A stretch of DNA of 64,000 nucleotides from a virus (lineage: Duplodnaviria > Heunggongvirae > Uroviricota > Caudoviricetes): the IMG/VR virus record IMGVR_UViG_3300042348_001285. The stretch is one strand, 5' to 3'. Under the pieces are notes generated by a model that worked only from the letters and a program-made list of their open reading frames with translations, had not been told where the DNA came from and did not search any database. The translations under genes were made by a program, and so were the position numbers. Positions 9,129 to 17,251 of this stretch are shown here, piece by piece. Each line of letters begins with the position of its first letter. Position 1 is the stretch's first letter.

Positions 9129-12100
9129 TCAGGACAAGATGTTGGTGATCATAGCTCCAGAACCGGTAAGACCAGATGCACCGAGGCCAACCAAGTTAAC
9201 CACACGTTCGATGGTGATTTCAGCACGCACGACACGGCGTTCGCGAATGTAGTACTCCAATTTGTTATCGTAAAGGCTCTTTATCCCTTGCTTCTGCATG
9301 TTTCTATGCAGTTCAGACTATATCATCGTTTTGTAAACAAAACGTCAGGCGCTCGTGGATTGTTCACCTGTTCTAGGCTACTTAATCTAGTCGTTGAACC
9401 TTGCTTTTATCCCTAAAAGCCTTGGCTGCTGATTGCCTTGTGTTTCAAGGAATTCACTCCTGAAACCGTCAGGTTTCCCAGCAATTCACCTAATTTCTTT
9501 TTATGTCAGACCCCAGTAGTTAAGGACGGACAGCGGGTGTTCCTGTGAGTTGATCATTTTTGTTAGCGTAAAGGTTATTTATCCTTCACTTCTTTACATT
9601 TCTGCAAAGATCAGACTATATCTTCTTCCTTGCCTTGTGTTAAAGCTAAGGAGTAGGGCGCTCGTGGAGTTTTCATCTGTTCTAGATTACTAACTCTAGT
9701 CGTTGAACGTTCGTTTTCTCCCGAAAACGCTTCGCTGCTGATTACCATAGCGTCAAACTTTCGTTTGAAGCCGTAGGCTTCCCAGCAATTCACCCCATTG
9801 ATCTGCGGATCAGGCAGATAATTTGACGTTACCGTCAAACCACGCATTCAACTCGTTTGAAAGAAACGATGTTATTAACATACGTGTCGATTATGTTATC
9901 GTAAGGCTCTTTATCCTTACTTCTGCATGTTTCCATGCAGTCCAGACTATATCATCTTATTGTTTCTTTTAGTTCGTATCACTGATTCCCTTATTTTAAC
10001 CTTTTGCTCCTCTGACATCTTGTCATTCCCGTTTTTTCTACGGGTTTCCCAAGCTCTTTTTGCAGCTTCCACTGCTTTGGGGGTCTTGGTTCCAGCTGGA
10101 CCACAGTTATAGGGCTTCCAGCCGGAGGCAATAAGCTTCTTTTTACTTTCACTTTGCTTCTTACGAGTTTCTTCGGAAGCAACAGGGTTTCTTTTGTACT
10201 GGTCTAAGAACCGGGTGGTTCTAATAGTTCCGGTACTATCCCTAAGCGTTCTACACACGGCCCAAGCATCTTTGTAGTGCCGGGTAGCTTTGTACAGAAG
10301 CAAGTGAGCTATAGCATGCTCTCTAGGAGTTAAAGGTACAAGGTTGACAGGGTGGTCCCACTTTTTATAGTGTTTAGGCAATATGTGATGCCTATGGAAC
10401 CCTTTCTTTTTACAAGTCCAGTTTCTTATAGACTTATAGTGAAGAACTAATTTAATATACCGTCTACCATAATGGTTATCGGGTATCCAACAATAAGGAA
10501 GGCTTTCGTGGAGATTTTCTATCAGGGTTAAGAGCATCTCTAGTCGTTGAACGTTTGCAAACAAGTTTTACCCTTTGTTTACACTTCGCTGCTGATTGCC
10601 CAATCTTAAGAAGTTTTTAACTATCACGATTACCCTTTCAGGTTGCGTTGTAGTCTCTTAAGCTCTAAGGGGTTTCCAGCAATTAACCTTCTTTTACTTG
10701 CGCTACACAGTTTCTTGTGAATGAAACAATGTTATTCAACGCAAAAGCAGGAGTCGCAGCATTAGCACCACCCGCAGGCATGATCGAATCAGAAGGGCCG
10801 TTGGGGCTGTAGAACAGGAGGATGCCATTGGCGGGGAAGACAGGCTGCAAGGAGCCGTCGTTGGCCAAATAACGCCCTTCAGCTACGCGCAGGCCACGCT
10901 CAAGACCGAAGTAGCGAGCGATGACATCTGTGTCGATGCTATTGGCGGAGGTGTATTTGATACGATCAAGGATCGCTTCGTTGGTCAGCAAGAGGTCGAA
11001 AACCGAAGTTCCAAGAACAGCGGAGTTCGGACGAATGCCGATCTGGTTGGCAACAGCACGCTTCAGAGTCAGGATGTCCTCAATGGGATTAGAGGTTGCA
11101 CCAGACCATGCGGCAGGGCCAGTGGCTGTGCCATAAGCGGTGTTGAAGGCGGTCCAGGTTGTAAAACCAAGACCAGTTTGTGAGCCAGGAGTCCCATTGT
11201 AGGGCTCGTATGGATTGTAGCTGCCAGTCACTGAAACAGCTTGAGCAACGGTGTACTCGTAGCTGTTCATTCATTATGTTATCGCGAGGGCTCTTTATCC
11301 CTTGCTTCTGCATGTTTCTATGCAGTTCAGACTATATCATCGTTTTGTAAACAAAACGTCAGGCGCTCGTGGATGGGTTATTATTTTCGGTATTCACCAT
11401 CTAGTCGTTGAACCTTTTGACTACAACTCTATTATAGCATAGAGTCCGAAATAGTCAACTTGGCTGCTGATTGCCTTGTGTTTCAGAGAAGCCACTCCTG
11501 AAACCGTCAGGGTTCCCAGCAATTCACCCAATTTTCTAAATGAGATTAATCTCATAGGGCCAATGTGTTTAGCCTAGACATCGCATTGCGAGTCTCGATG
11601 GCGCGTAGCATTTGTTAACTCAGCGGCTCTTTATCCACTGATTCATTACCTTGTCGTTGGTAATGTTCAGACTATATCATAGCATTGAAAAAGTTTTCCA
11701 GTCTTGGTCCTCGTCTGGTATCCACTTATTCCCCTCTGGACAGAGGGATTTAAGGTCTCCATTAAAGGCTTTGACGATATTTGACAAAGTTTGAGAGTTC
11801 GGGGTACCTGTAGCTTTGGCTAGCCTTAGGCAACCGCTACTTCCCACTTTTCTAGGGATAAATTGATAGTGAAAGTAAAGATAGTCTGCAATCTTCCAAA
11901 GGTCTCGGGTTTTACTTGACGCATTGTTATTATCCCAAGGTTTACAGACTAAGGATGGGTTATTTAGTCTCCCTCTCCCCCCGCATCCAACGGCAAACCT
12001 GTAATCTTCAGTAACGTAGGGTAATCCAGTTTTTCCCTTATTGTGGGGAACGGACCTACTGTTCATGAAATTTTTCCAAATACTTGGAAGATTTGTGGCT

Positions 12101-15100
12101 ATGGATGTTTTATTTTTCCCCCTACCAAAATGGTCTAAAAATCTCTTTAAGGAATAAGATTTAAACAGACCTGACTTCACCAGTAAAAGATGAAGTATAA
12201 AGTGTTCCCTAAATGTAACCCCAACCGTCCAAATTACCAAATGGCTTCTCCACCCATCCGGCCAAATTTCTTTGGGTACAGGGTGATGGCACTCATATTG
12301 TTCTGGAAGTTGGCATCTTTTCTCAAATTTGTCGATTAAACTCCAATACCACTTTTCATATTTATTATGATAGTGGCACTCAATGCCCCGGGCGCTCGTG
12401 GATGGGTTATTATTTTCGGTATTCACCATCTAGTCGTTGAACCTTTTGACTACATTCCCATTATAGCATGGGGACCGAAATAGTCAACTTGGCTGCTGAT
12501 TGCCCACGCGGGGGTTCCAGCAATTCACCCGGTTTATAGTGGACCTACGCTGCGATCGAAATCGTCCGTAAAAAATAATCCACTTGTGCAGGCAAAATGT
12601 TGTTACCGTACGGGCTCTTTATCCCATACTTCTCCATGTTTCCATGGAGTTCAGACTATATCTTTGCCCCACCGTTAAGCACGGTAAGACATCAGGCGCT
12701 CGTGGAGTTTTCATCTGTTCTAGATTACTAACTCTAGTCGTTGGACCTTGCTTTTATCCCTAAAAGCCTTGGCTGCTGATTGCCTCTTTTGCGTAGCAAA
12801 AGTAAGGTGTCCCAGCAATTCACCCAATTTTTAGTGACCTTTGTCACAAGGAAGGCCCTTACAACCTTCCCCTGCGTTTTCAATAACCTCTTCCAAGGTT
12901 GTTATCACAAAGGCTCTTTATCCTTTGCTTCTGTAAATTTACCATCTTTACAGTTCAGACTATATCACCGTCTATACCCTCCTATAAAGGTTAGTCAGAC
13001 GTAAGGCGCTCGTGGAGTTTTCATCTGTTCTAGATTACTAACTCTAGTCGTTGAACGTTCGTTTTCTCCCGAAAACGCTTCGCTGCTGATTGGCCATTAA
13101 GTTGGAGGCTTTCCAGCAATTCACCCTATTATTCTTACCGCGCTAACTAGGCAACGGCAAGGCCCAAAGATTTAGGCAATTCCCATGCGACCACTTCCTG
13201 CTCCAGAGCGTAGGGCTCAGAGTCGTAACGGCTTTGGACGTAGGGGATGTTTGTCATTTGTTATCGCAAAGGCTCTTTATCCCTTGCTTCTACATGTTTC
13301 CATGTAGGTCAGACTATATCTTTGCCTTACATTCTTATGTAAGACATCAGGCGCTCGTGGAGTTTTCATCTGTTCTAGATTACTAACTCTAGTCGTTGAA
13401 CCTTGCTTTTATCCCTAAAAGCCTTGGCTGCTGATTACCATAGCATCAAACTTTCGTTTGAAGCCGTAGGCTTCCCAGCAATTCACCCAATTTATTTACG
13501 GCACAAACTAATTACCGTAAGCACGACGGAAGTCGTTAATAGCAACACCATGTTATCGTAGAGACTCTTTATTCCCTACCTCTGCATGTTTCTATGCAGT
13601 TCAGACTATATCATCGTTTTGTAAACAAAACGTCGGGCGCTCGTGGACGAGTTATTGTTGTCGAAACTCATCGTCTAGTCGTTGAACCTTTCCACTACAG
13701 AAATCATAGTGATTCCTCGACGCAGTAGACTTGGCTGCTGATTTCCCTCGCCTTTACGTTAGGGGTTCCCAGCAATTCACCCAATTTTACAACAGCAAGC
13801 TATTTACTGTTCCTTACCGAATCTCAATATTCTACCAGCTCGGGTAGGTGTGTCCACAACTGGTGCGATAAACACTTGTTACCGTGAGAGAATTTATCAC
13901 TCACTTCTTACAGTTTCCTGTAAGTTCAGACTATATCATCATCTTCCTTAAACGTTTTAACAACGGTTTTTAGAGATTGCCAAGTGTTACCTAATTTTGT
14001 TATCCTATGGAGCCTTCTGGCACCACACTTTCCGTTTTCTGCCCAGGCTCTATGCAAGACATCTAAGTTAGACCAAACTTCTTTATCTGCGCGAGGGTTA
14101 TTAGCCCCCGTTCGATCTCTGTCTGGGTTATTAGCTGCTTGTATTGCAAACTGGATGGTAGGATTACTTATGGCTCTGTCTCTAAGTTTTTGTTTTGACT
14201 CTTCACTCCAAGCCCTATTTTTACATCTCTCTGCGCGAGCAGTTCTTTCTTCGTCAGACATTGGGACTTTCCTGGGCCTAGCTTTTCCTTTATTGGACTT
14301 GCTAATTTTGACTTTAGTTTCTTCGGAGTGCCCGTGGTGAGCCACCTTTTCGTAAACCCGTGAGTTCTTTGAAGACTTTTTGAAAGAGTTTATAGCTTTA
14401 CCCAGTTTCTTCACGGAACTGAAAGCTAAAGCTAATAAACAATGGGATATATAGTGCTCTCTGTAGGTAAGTTTAACTAGGTTGGCTTCATCGTTTCCAC
14501 CCTTCATGCACTTGGGCACTATGTGGTGAATATGGAAACCACCCTCTTTGACCAAACCTCTAGAGGGGCGAGAGTTAATAAACTTTACATACCGTTGGTA
14601 ATGTAAGGGAGAGTCGGGCGCTCGTGGAAAGATTATTCTTGGGTCAGTCACTTTCTAGTCGTTGAACCTTTTTACTCATTGTTACCCCTATTATATCGGG
14701 TAACTGCCCAAAGTAAACTCGGCTGCTGATTGCCTTGTGTTCCAGAAAAGTAGATTCTGAAACCGTCAGGTATCCCAGCAATTCACCCGATTTTCAATCA
14801 GAGTTGCCTCTGAAGGGAACCTTATCGATTCGCAATGTTGGTAGACGGTAGCATGAAACCTTGCGCGAGGGTGGTGAGACATTTGTTAACGTAGAGGCTC
14901 TTTATCCCCTACCTCTCTTTGTTTCCAAAGAGTTCAGACTATATCACCGTTTTGTAAACAAAACGCCCGGCGCTCGTGGAGTTTTCATCTGTTCTAGATT
15001 ACTAACTCTAGTCGTTGAACCTTGCTTTTATCCCTAAAAGCCTTGGCTGCTGATTACCATAGCGTCAAACTTTCGTTTGAAGCCGTAGGCTTCCCAGCAA

Positions 15101-15733
15101 TTCACCGGATTTTCTTTGTTAAAAACAAAGCCACTCCTTTAAATGGGCAATATGTTATCGCAAAGGCTCTTTATCCCTTGCTTCTACATGTTTCCATGTA
15201 GGCCAGACTATATCATCATCCTTTAACTCCCATGCTGAGGAGTCAAGGAGCTGGGCGCTCGTGGATTGTTCACCTGTTCTAGGCTACTTAATCTAGTCGT
15301 TGAACGTTCCGTCAATCCCTTGACGGCTTCGCTGCTGATTGCCTCTTTTGCGTAGCAAAAGTAAGGTGTCCCAGCAATTCACCCAGTTTTCTGCCATCAT
15401 TAAAATGACAGGGACCCTAATTAATCCACACCTGCGTAGGTCTGTTGTAGCATTATGTTATCGTAAAGGCTCTTTATCCTTCACTTCTTTACATTTCTGC
15501 AAAGATCAGACTATATCATCATCTTTGCCTAGGCAAAGAGTCGGGCGCTCGTGTCAGCTTCATTACTGTTCTAGTAGTATGCTGTTAGTCGTTGGACCTT
15601 GCTTTTATCCCTAAAAGCCTTGGCTGCTGATTACCATAGCATCAAACTTTCGTTTGAAGCCGTAGGGTTCCCAGCAATTCACCCAATTTTCATCCCAAGG
15701 TTACCCTTGAGCGGAACCGCCATGATTCATCAT
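9129..15733 (-). CDS. Major capsid protein, 351 aa, 14 exons interrupted by 13 group I introns
   Basis: Exons in transcription order: 15733-15725, 15450-15424, 15147-15143, 14879-14828, 13872-13806, 13545-13514, 13254-13174, 12893-12864, 12592-12578, 11608-11571, 11271-10739, 9887-9882, 9554-9523, 9257-9129. They sum to 1056 nt (352 codons, no internal stop): MMNLQQTYAGVDPILTTLAQGFMLPSTNIANFIAPVVDTPTRAGRILRFGKEQFAINDFRRAYGTNIPYVQSRYDSEPYALEQEVVAWELPEEVIENAGEGPAQVDLRAIETRNAMSRLMNSYE...ATPAFAYTYQLTGTPAVRPEYYIRERRVVRAEITIERVVNLVGLGASGLTGSGAMITNILS. It follows the protease and decoration genes, and its size fits a capsid protein. Family call by resemblance and position, not by search. Confidence 0.9.
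9258..9522 (-). mobile_element. Group I intron 13 (265 nt, no ORF)
   Basis: P/Q/R/S present. P1 CCU/GGG; P10 AGUA/UACU. Splicing restores AVRP|EYY. Confidence 0.88.
9555..9881 (-). mobile_element. Group I intron 12 (327 nt, no ORF)
   Basis: P/Q/R/S present. P1 CACGU/GCGUG uses the 6-nt exon; P10 UCAACUC/GAGUUGA. Confidence 0.92.
9888..10738 (-). mobile_element. Group I intron 11 (851 nt) with HNH ORF in P8
   Basis: P/Q/R/S present. P1 UUGCGU/GCGCAA; P10 ACAC/GUGU. Confidence 0.92.
9947..10537 (-). CDS. Intron-encoded HNH homing endonuclease with NUMOD3-like repeats
   Basis: FHRHHILPKHYKKWDHPVNLVPLTPREHAIAHLLL, SEETRKKQSES and MSEEQKVKIRES. Likely start is ATG 10537 just after R (the track starts at 10564). 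Confidence 0.85.
   Translation of the reverse strand: MLLTLIENLHESLPYCWIPDNHYGRRYIKLVLHYKSIRNWTCKKKGFHRHHILPKHYKKWDHPVNLVPLTPREHAIAHLLLYKATRHYKDAWAVCRTLRDSTGTIRTTRFLDQYKRNPVASEETRKKQSESKKKLIASGWKPYNCGPAGTKTPKAVEAAKRAWETRRKNGNDKMSEEQKVKIRESVIRTKRNNKMI
11272..11570 (-). mobile_element. Group I intron 10 (299 nt, no ORF)
   Basis: P/Q/R/S present. P1 GGCU/GGCC; P10 AAUG/CAUU. Confidence 0.9.
11609..12577 (-). mobile_element. Group I intron 9 (969 nt) with HNH ORF in P8
   Basis: P/Q/R/S present. P1 GUGGAU/GUCCAC; P10 CUACGC/GCGUAG. Confidence 0.92.
11677..12429 (-). CDS. Intron-encoded HNH-like homing endonuclease
   Basis: YECHHPVPKEIW...VTFREHFILHLLL (HNH-like). The C-terminal segment resembles that of the intron 4 ORF. 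ATG immediately follows the R element. Confidence 0.8.
   Translation of the reverse strand: MVNTENNNPSTSARGIECHYHNKYEKWYWSLIDKFEKRCQLPEQYECHHPVPKEIWPDGWRSHLVIWTVGVTFREHFILHLLLVKSGLFKSYSLKRFLDHFGRGKNKTSIATNLPSIWKNFMNSRSVPHNKGKTGLPYVTEDYRFAVGCGGRGRLNNPSLVCKPWDNNNASSKTRDLWKIADYLYFHYQFIPRKVGSSGCLRLAKATGTPNSQTLSNIVKAFNGDLKSLCPEGNKWIPDEDQDWKTFSML
12593..12863 (-). mobile_element. Group I intron 8 (271 nt, no ORF)
   Basis: P/Q/R/S present. P1 GGAAGGU/GCCUUCC; P10 CCU/AGG. Confidence 0.92.
12894..13173 (-). mobile_element. Group I intron 7 (280 nt, no ORF)
   Basis: P/Q/R/S present. P1 GCCU/GGGC; P10 GAAGA/UCUUU. Confidence 0.9.
13255..13513 (-). mobile_element. Group I intron 6 (259 nt, no ORF)
   Basis: P/Q/R/S present. 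P1 UUACGGU/GCCGUAA; P10 ACAAAC/GUUUGU. Confidence 0.92.
13546..13805 (-). mobile_element. Group I intron 5 (260 nt, no ORF)
   Basis: P/Q/R/S present. P1 AACAGU/GCUGUU; P10 GCUA/UAGC. Confidence 0.9.
13873..14827 (-). mobile_element. Group I intron 4 (955 nt) with HNH ORF in P8
   Basis: P/Q/R/S present. P1 GAAU/GUUC; P10 UUUAUCG/CGAUAAG. Confidence 0.9.
13926..14651 (-). CDS. Intron-encoded HNH homing endonuclease with NUMOD3-like motif
   Basis: FHIHHIVPKCMKGGNDEANLVKLTYREHYISH (HNH) and HSEETKVKISKSNKGK (NUMOD3-like). The stop codon lies in the intron S element. Confidence 0.88.
   Translation of the reverse strand: MTDPRIIFPRAPDSPLHYQRYVKFINSRPSRGLVKEGGFHIHHIVPKCMKGGNDEANLVKLTYREHYISHCLLALAFSSVKKLGKAINSFKKSSKNSRVYEKVAHHGHSEETKVKISKSNKGKARPRKVPMSDEERTARAERCKNRAWSEESKQKLRDRAISNPTIQFAIQAANNPDRDRTGANNPRADKEVWSNLDVLHRAWAENGKCGARRLHRITKLGNTWQSLKTVVKTFKEDDDIV
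14880..15142 (-). mobile_element. Group I intron 3 (263 nt, no ORF)
   Basis: P/Q/R/S present. P1 CCAU/GUGG uses the 5-nt exon; P10 UCU/GGA. Confidence 0.88.
15148..15423 (-). mobile_element. Group I intron 2 (276 nt, no ORF)
   Basis: P/Q/R/S present. P1 GGAU/GUCC; P10 CC/GG; terminal G. Confidence 0.88.
15451..15724 (-). mobile_element. Group I intron 1 (274 nt, no ORF)
   Basis: Core elements on the minus strand: P GAATTGCTGGGA, Q AATCAGCAG, R GTCCAACGACTA, S GATATAGTC. Terminal G. P1 is exon GAAU with IGS GUUC. P10 is weak. Confidence 0.85.
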
Positions 15734-15854
15734 AATAGATGATTTCCTTTTCTAGGTTGACTTCAAAGATTGCGTTGGCAATCTAACCCAAAAGTCCGAA
15801 AACTTCGGGGTCACTGTAGTTATACCCACACTTTGCTAATGGAAGCCCAACCAT

Positions 15855-15880
15855 AAAAAAGGAGCCCCTTTCGGAGCCCC
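15855..15880 (-). terminator. Rho-independent terminator between decoration gene and capsid gene
   Basis: GGGGCTCC-GAAA-GGGGCTCC (8 bp with two G.U pairs) followed by TTTTTT. Confidence 0.75.
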
Positions 15881-15902
15881 ATAGTAAAAATTCAACCAGC
15901 AA

Positions 15903-16376
15903 TCAGTTGAAGGTTGCAATAACCAAGGTACGACGACCGATCGTAACAATCTCACGAATGAGTGGGGTGGTACCATCTAGGGTAACGTTCACACCGCTGT
16001 TGGCGGTTGGGAGTGCTTTACCGTCGGTACCAACAGAAAGGCGGCTACCAATGGTAAAAGCAGCGACAGCCGAAGCGCTTACTTCGACGATCAAAGAGCC
16101 GCTACTAGCGACACTAACTTGACGGGCAGTTTGAGGTTGGGATAGTGCAGTCGGGATATAAGACTGGCTAACACCTACGATAGCCCCGGTAAAGGATGTT
16201 AAATTACCAGGGGAGCAGACTAGATTAGCTCCGGCATAGGTTGCTTGAGCGACAACCGAAAATTCGGGGATTTCGACTACGCCAATACTACCAGCTTGGT
16301 TGTCGGTAGCGGCTTGCCAGGTGGAAGCATATCTGATGTACTGTTTTGCGTAAACGGGTGCAATGTTTAGACTCAT
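15903..16376 (-). CDS. Capsid decoration/cement protein (DUF2190-like)
   Basis: 157 aa, small and beta-rich (VGVSQS, SVASSGSLIVE, AFTIGSRLSVGTDGKA). Lies directly upstream of the capsid gene. Confidence 0.65.
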   Translation of the reverse strand: MSLNIAPVYAKQYIRYASTWQAATDNQAGSIGVVEIPEFSVVAQATYAGANLVCSPGNLTSFTGAIVGVSQSYIPTALSQPQTARQVSVASSGSLIVEVSASAVAAFTIGSRLSVGTDGKALPTANSGVNVTLDGTTPLIREIVTIGRRTLVIATFN

Positions 16377-16484
16377 GATCTTTTTCTTAATATGTGTTGA
16401 CTTTTGGTTTACTCTAGGACTTGTTTTTCACCTAGCTGATGTGATAATTGGTTTTACCCCCACTTACGTGGGGTAGCTAATGGG

Positions 16485-17246
16485 CTACCGGTAATCAACG
16501 ATACAGCGGCATCTGTCATAGCATCTGCATCTCTGCCCAGGAAGTGGTAGGGAGCCAATGGGTTGCCAACCCAGCTTCTCATATTCTTTGCATTCTTTGC
16601 AAGTTTTCTTATCTTTTTTGGCAACTCGCATCATTTCCTTGTGGCCCTGTTCTTCCTTTACTAGGTAATCACCCAGTTGGAAAAATGCGTAAGCTGGGGT
16701 AACAAGGTAGCGAGAAACCCTAGAAAAAACCCCTTGCCAGGTTTGCCCCACACCGGAATCAATCGAATTCTGTATGGCATCCTGAACTTCAGGATCTTCC
16801 GAATCGTAATCAGGATCATCAAGGATGTCCCAATCATAGTCACCAGATGGGCCTTTGGAGGCAAAATCCATTTCGTTACCAACGATGGAGATTACATTAT
16901 TATCAAATCGAGCCTTTGTCACATCGAGGAATTTAAGTAATGGTGGCACCAATTGTCCAACAACTGTTGGCCATGCTTTTTCCAATTTTGCTTTAGGCTT
17001 CGATGATGCTGACCCAAGGTATATCCCTGCCAGGGAAGCCTCTAAGGTTTTGTCAACCATAGCACGAGAAAACTCGTCCCACTTTATGTCTTTGTCCTTA
17101 AGAGACTTAACTAAAAGCTTAGAATCCCTGAGCATCATACTCTCTAGGTTTTCGATGGTTTTAGCTTTTTTGGCCAGGGATTCGGCATTAGAGAAAAAAT
17201 CTCCCCTCCTTTTAGTGACAGAGCCAATCAGGGAGAGGAGATCCAT
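16485..17246 (-). CDS. Head morphogenesis protein (Mu gpF/SPP1 gp7-like)
   Basis: C-terminal KKTCKEC...LPLPGQRCRCYDRCRC cysteine motif, in the head module. Confidence 0.6.
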   Translation of the reverse strand: MDLLSLIGSVTKRRGDFFSNAESLAKKAKTIENLESMMLRDSKLLVKSLKDKDIKWDEFSRAMVDKTLEASLAGIYLGSASSKPKAKLEKAWPTVVGQLVPPLLKFLDVTKARFDNNVISIVGNEMDFASKGPSGDYDWDILDDPDYDSEDPEVQDAIQNSIDSGVGQTWQGVFSRVSRYLVTPAYAFFQLGDYLVKEEQGHKEMMRVAKKDKKTCKECKEYEKLGWQPIGSLPLPGQRCRCYDRCRCIVDYR

Positions 17247-17251
17247 TTAGC

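Noticed and set aside
9611-9847. 78-aa ORF as a fourth intron-encoded protein
   Set aside because: It is chance translation of the intron 12 core with no nuclease motif. The + strand ORFs 12780-13004 and 15339-15614 are likewise antisense reads of shared intron modules.
10683-11270. Track ORF of 195 aa as a stand-alone gene
   Set aside because: It is capsid exon 11. Its last residues (LNNIVSF...VKEG) are read-through into intron 11.
9258-15724. Regularly recurring repeats that resemble a CRISPR or repeat-spacer array
   Set aside because: Repeat units are multi-block, 260-330 nt, and match group I P/Q/R/S elements. The 'spacers' join into an ORF, and no cas genes are present.
9258-15724. Nested introns (twintrons)
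   Set aside because: Each intron contains exactly one P, Q, R and S set in order.
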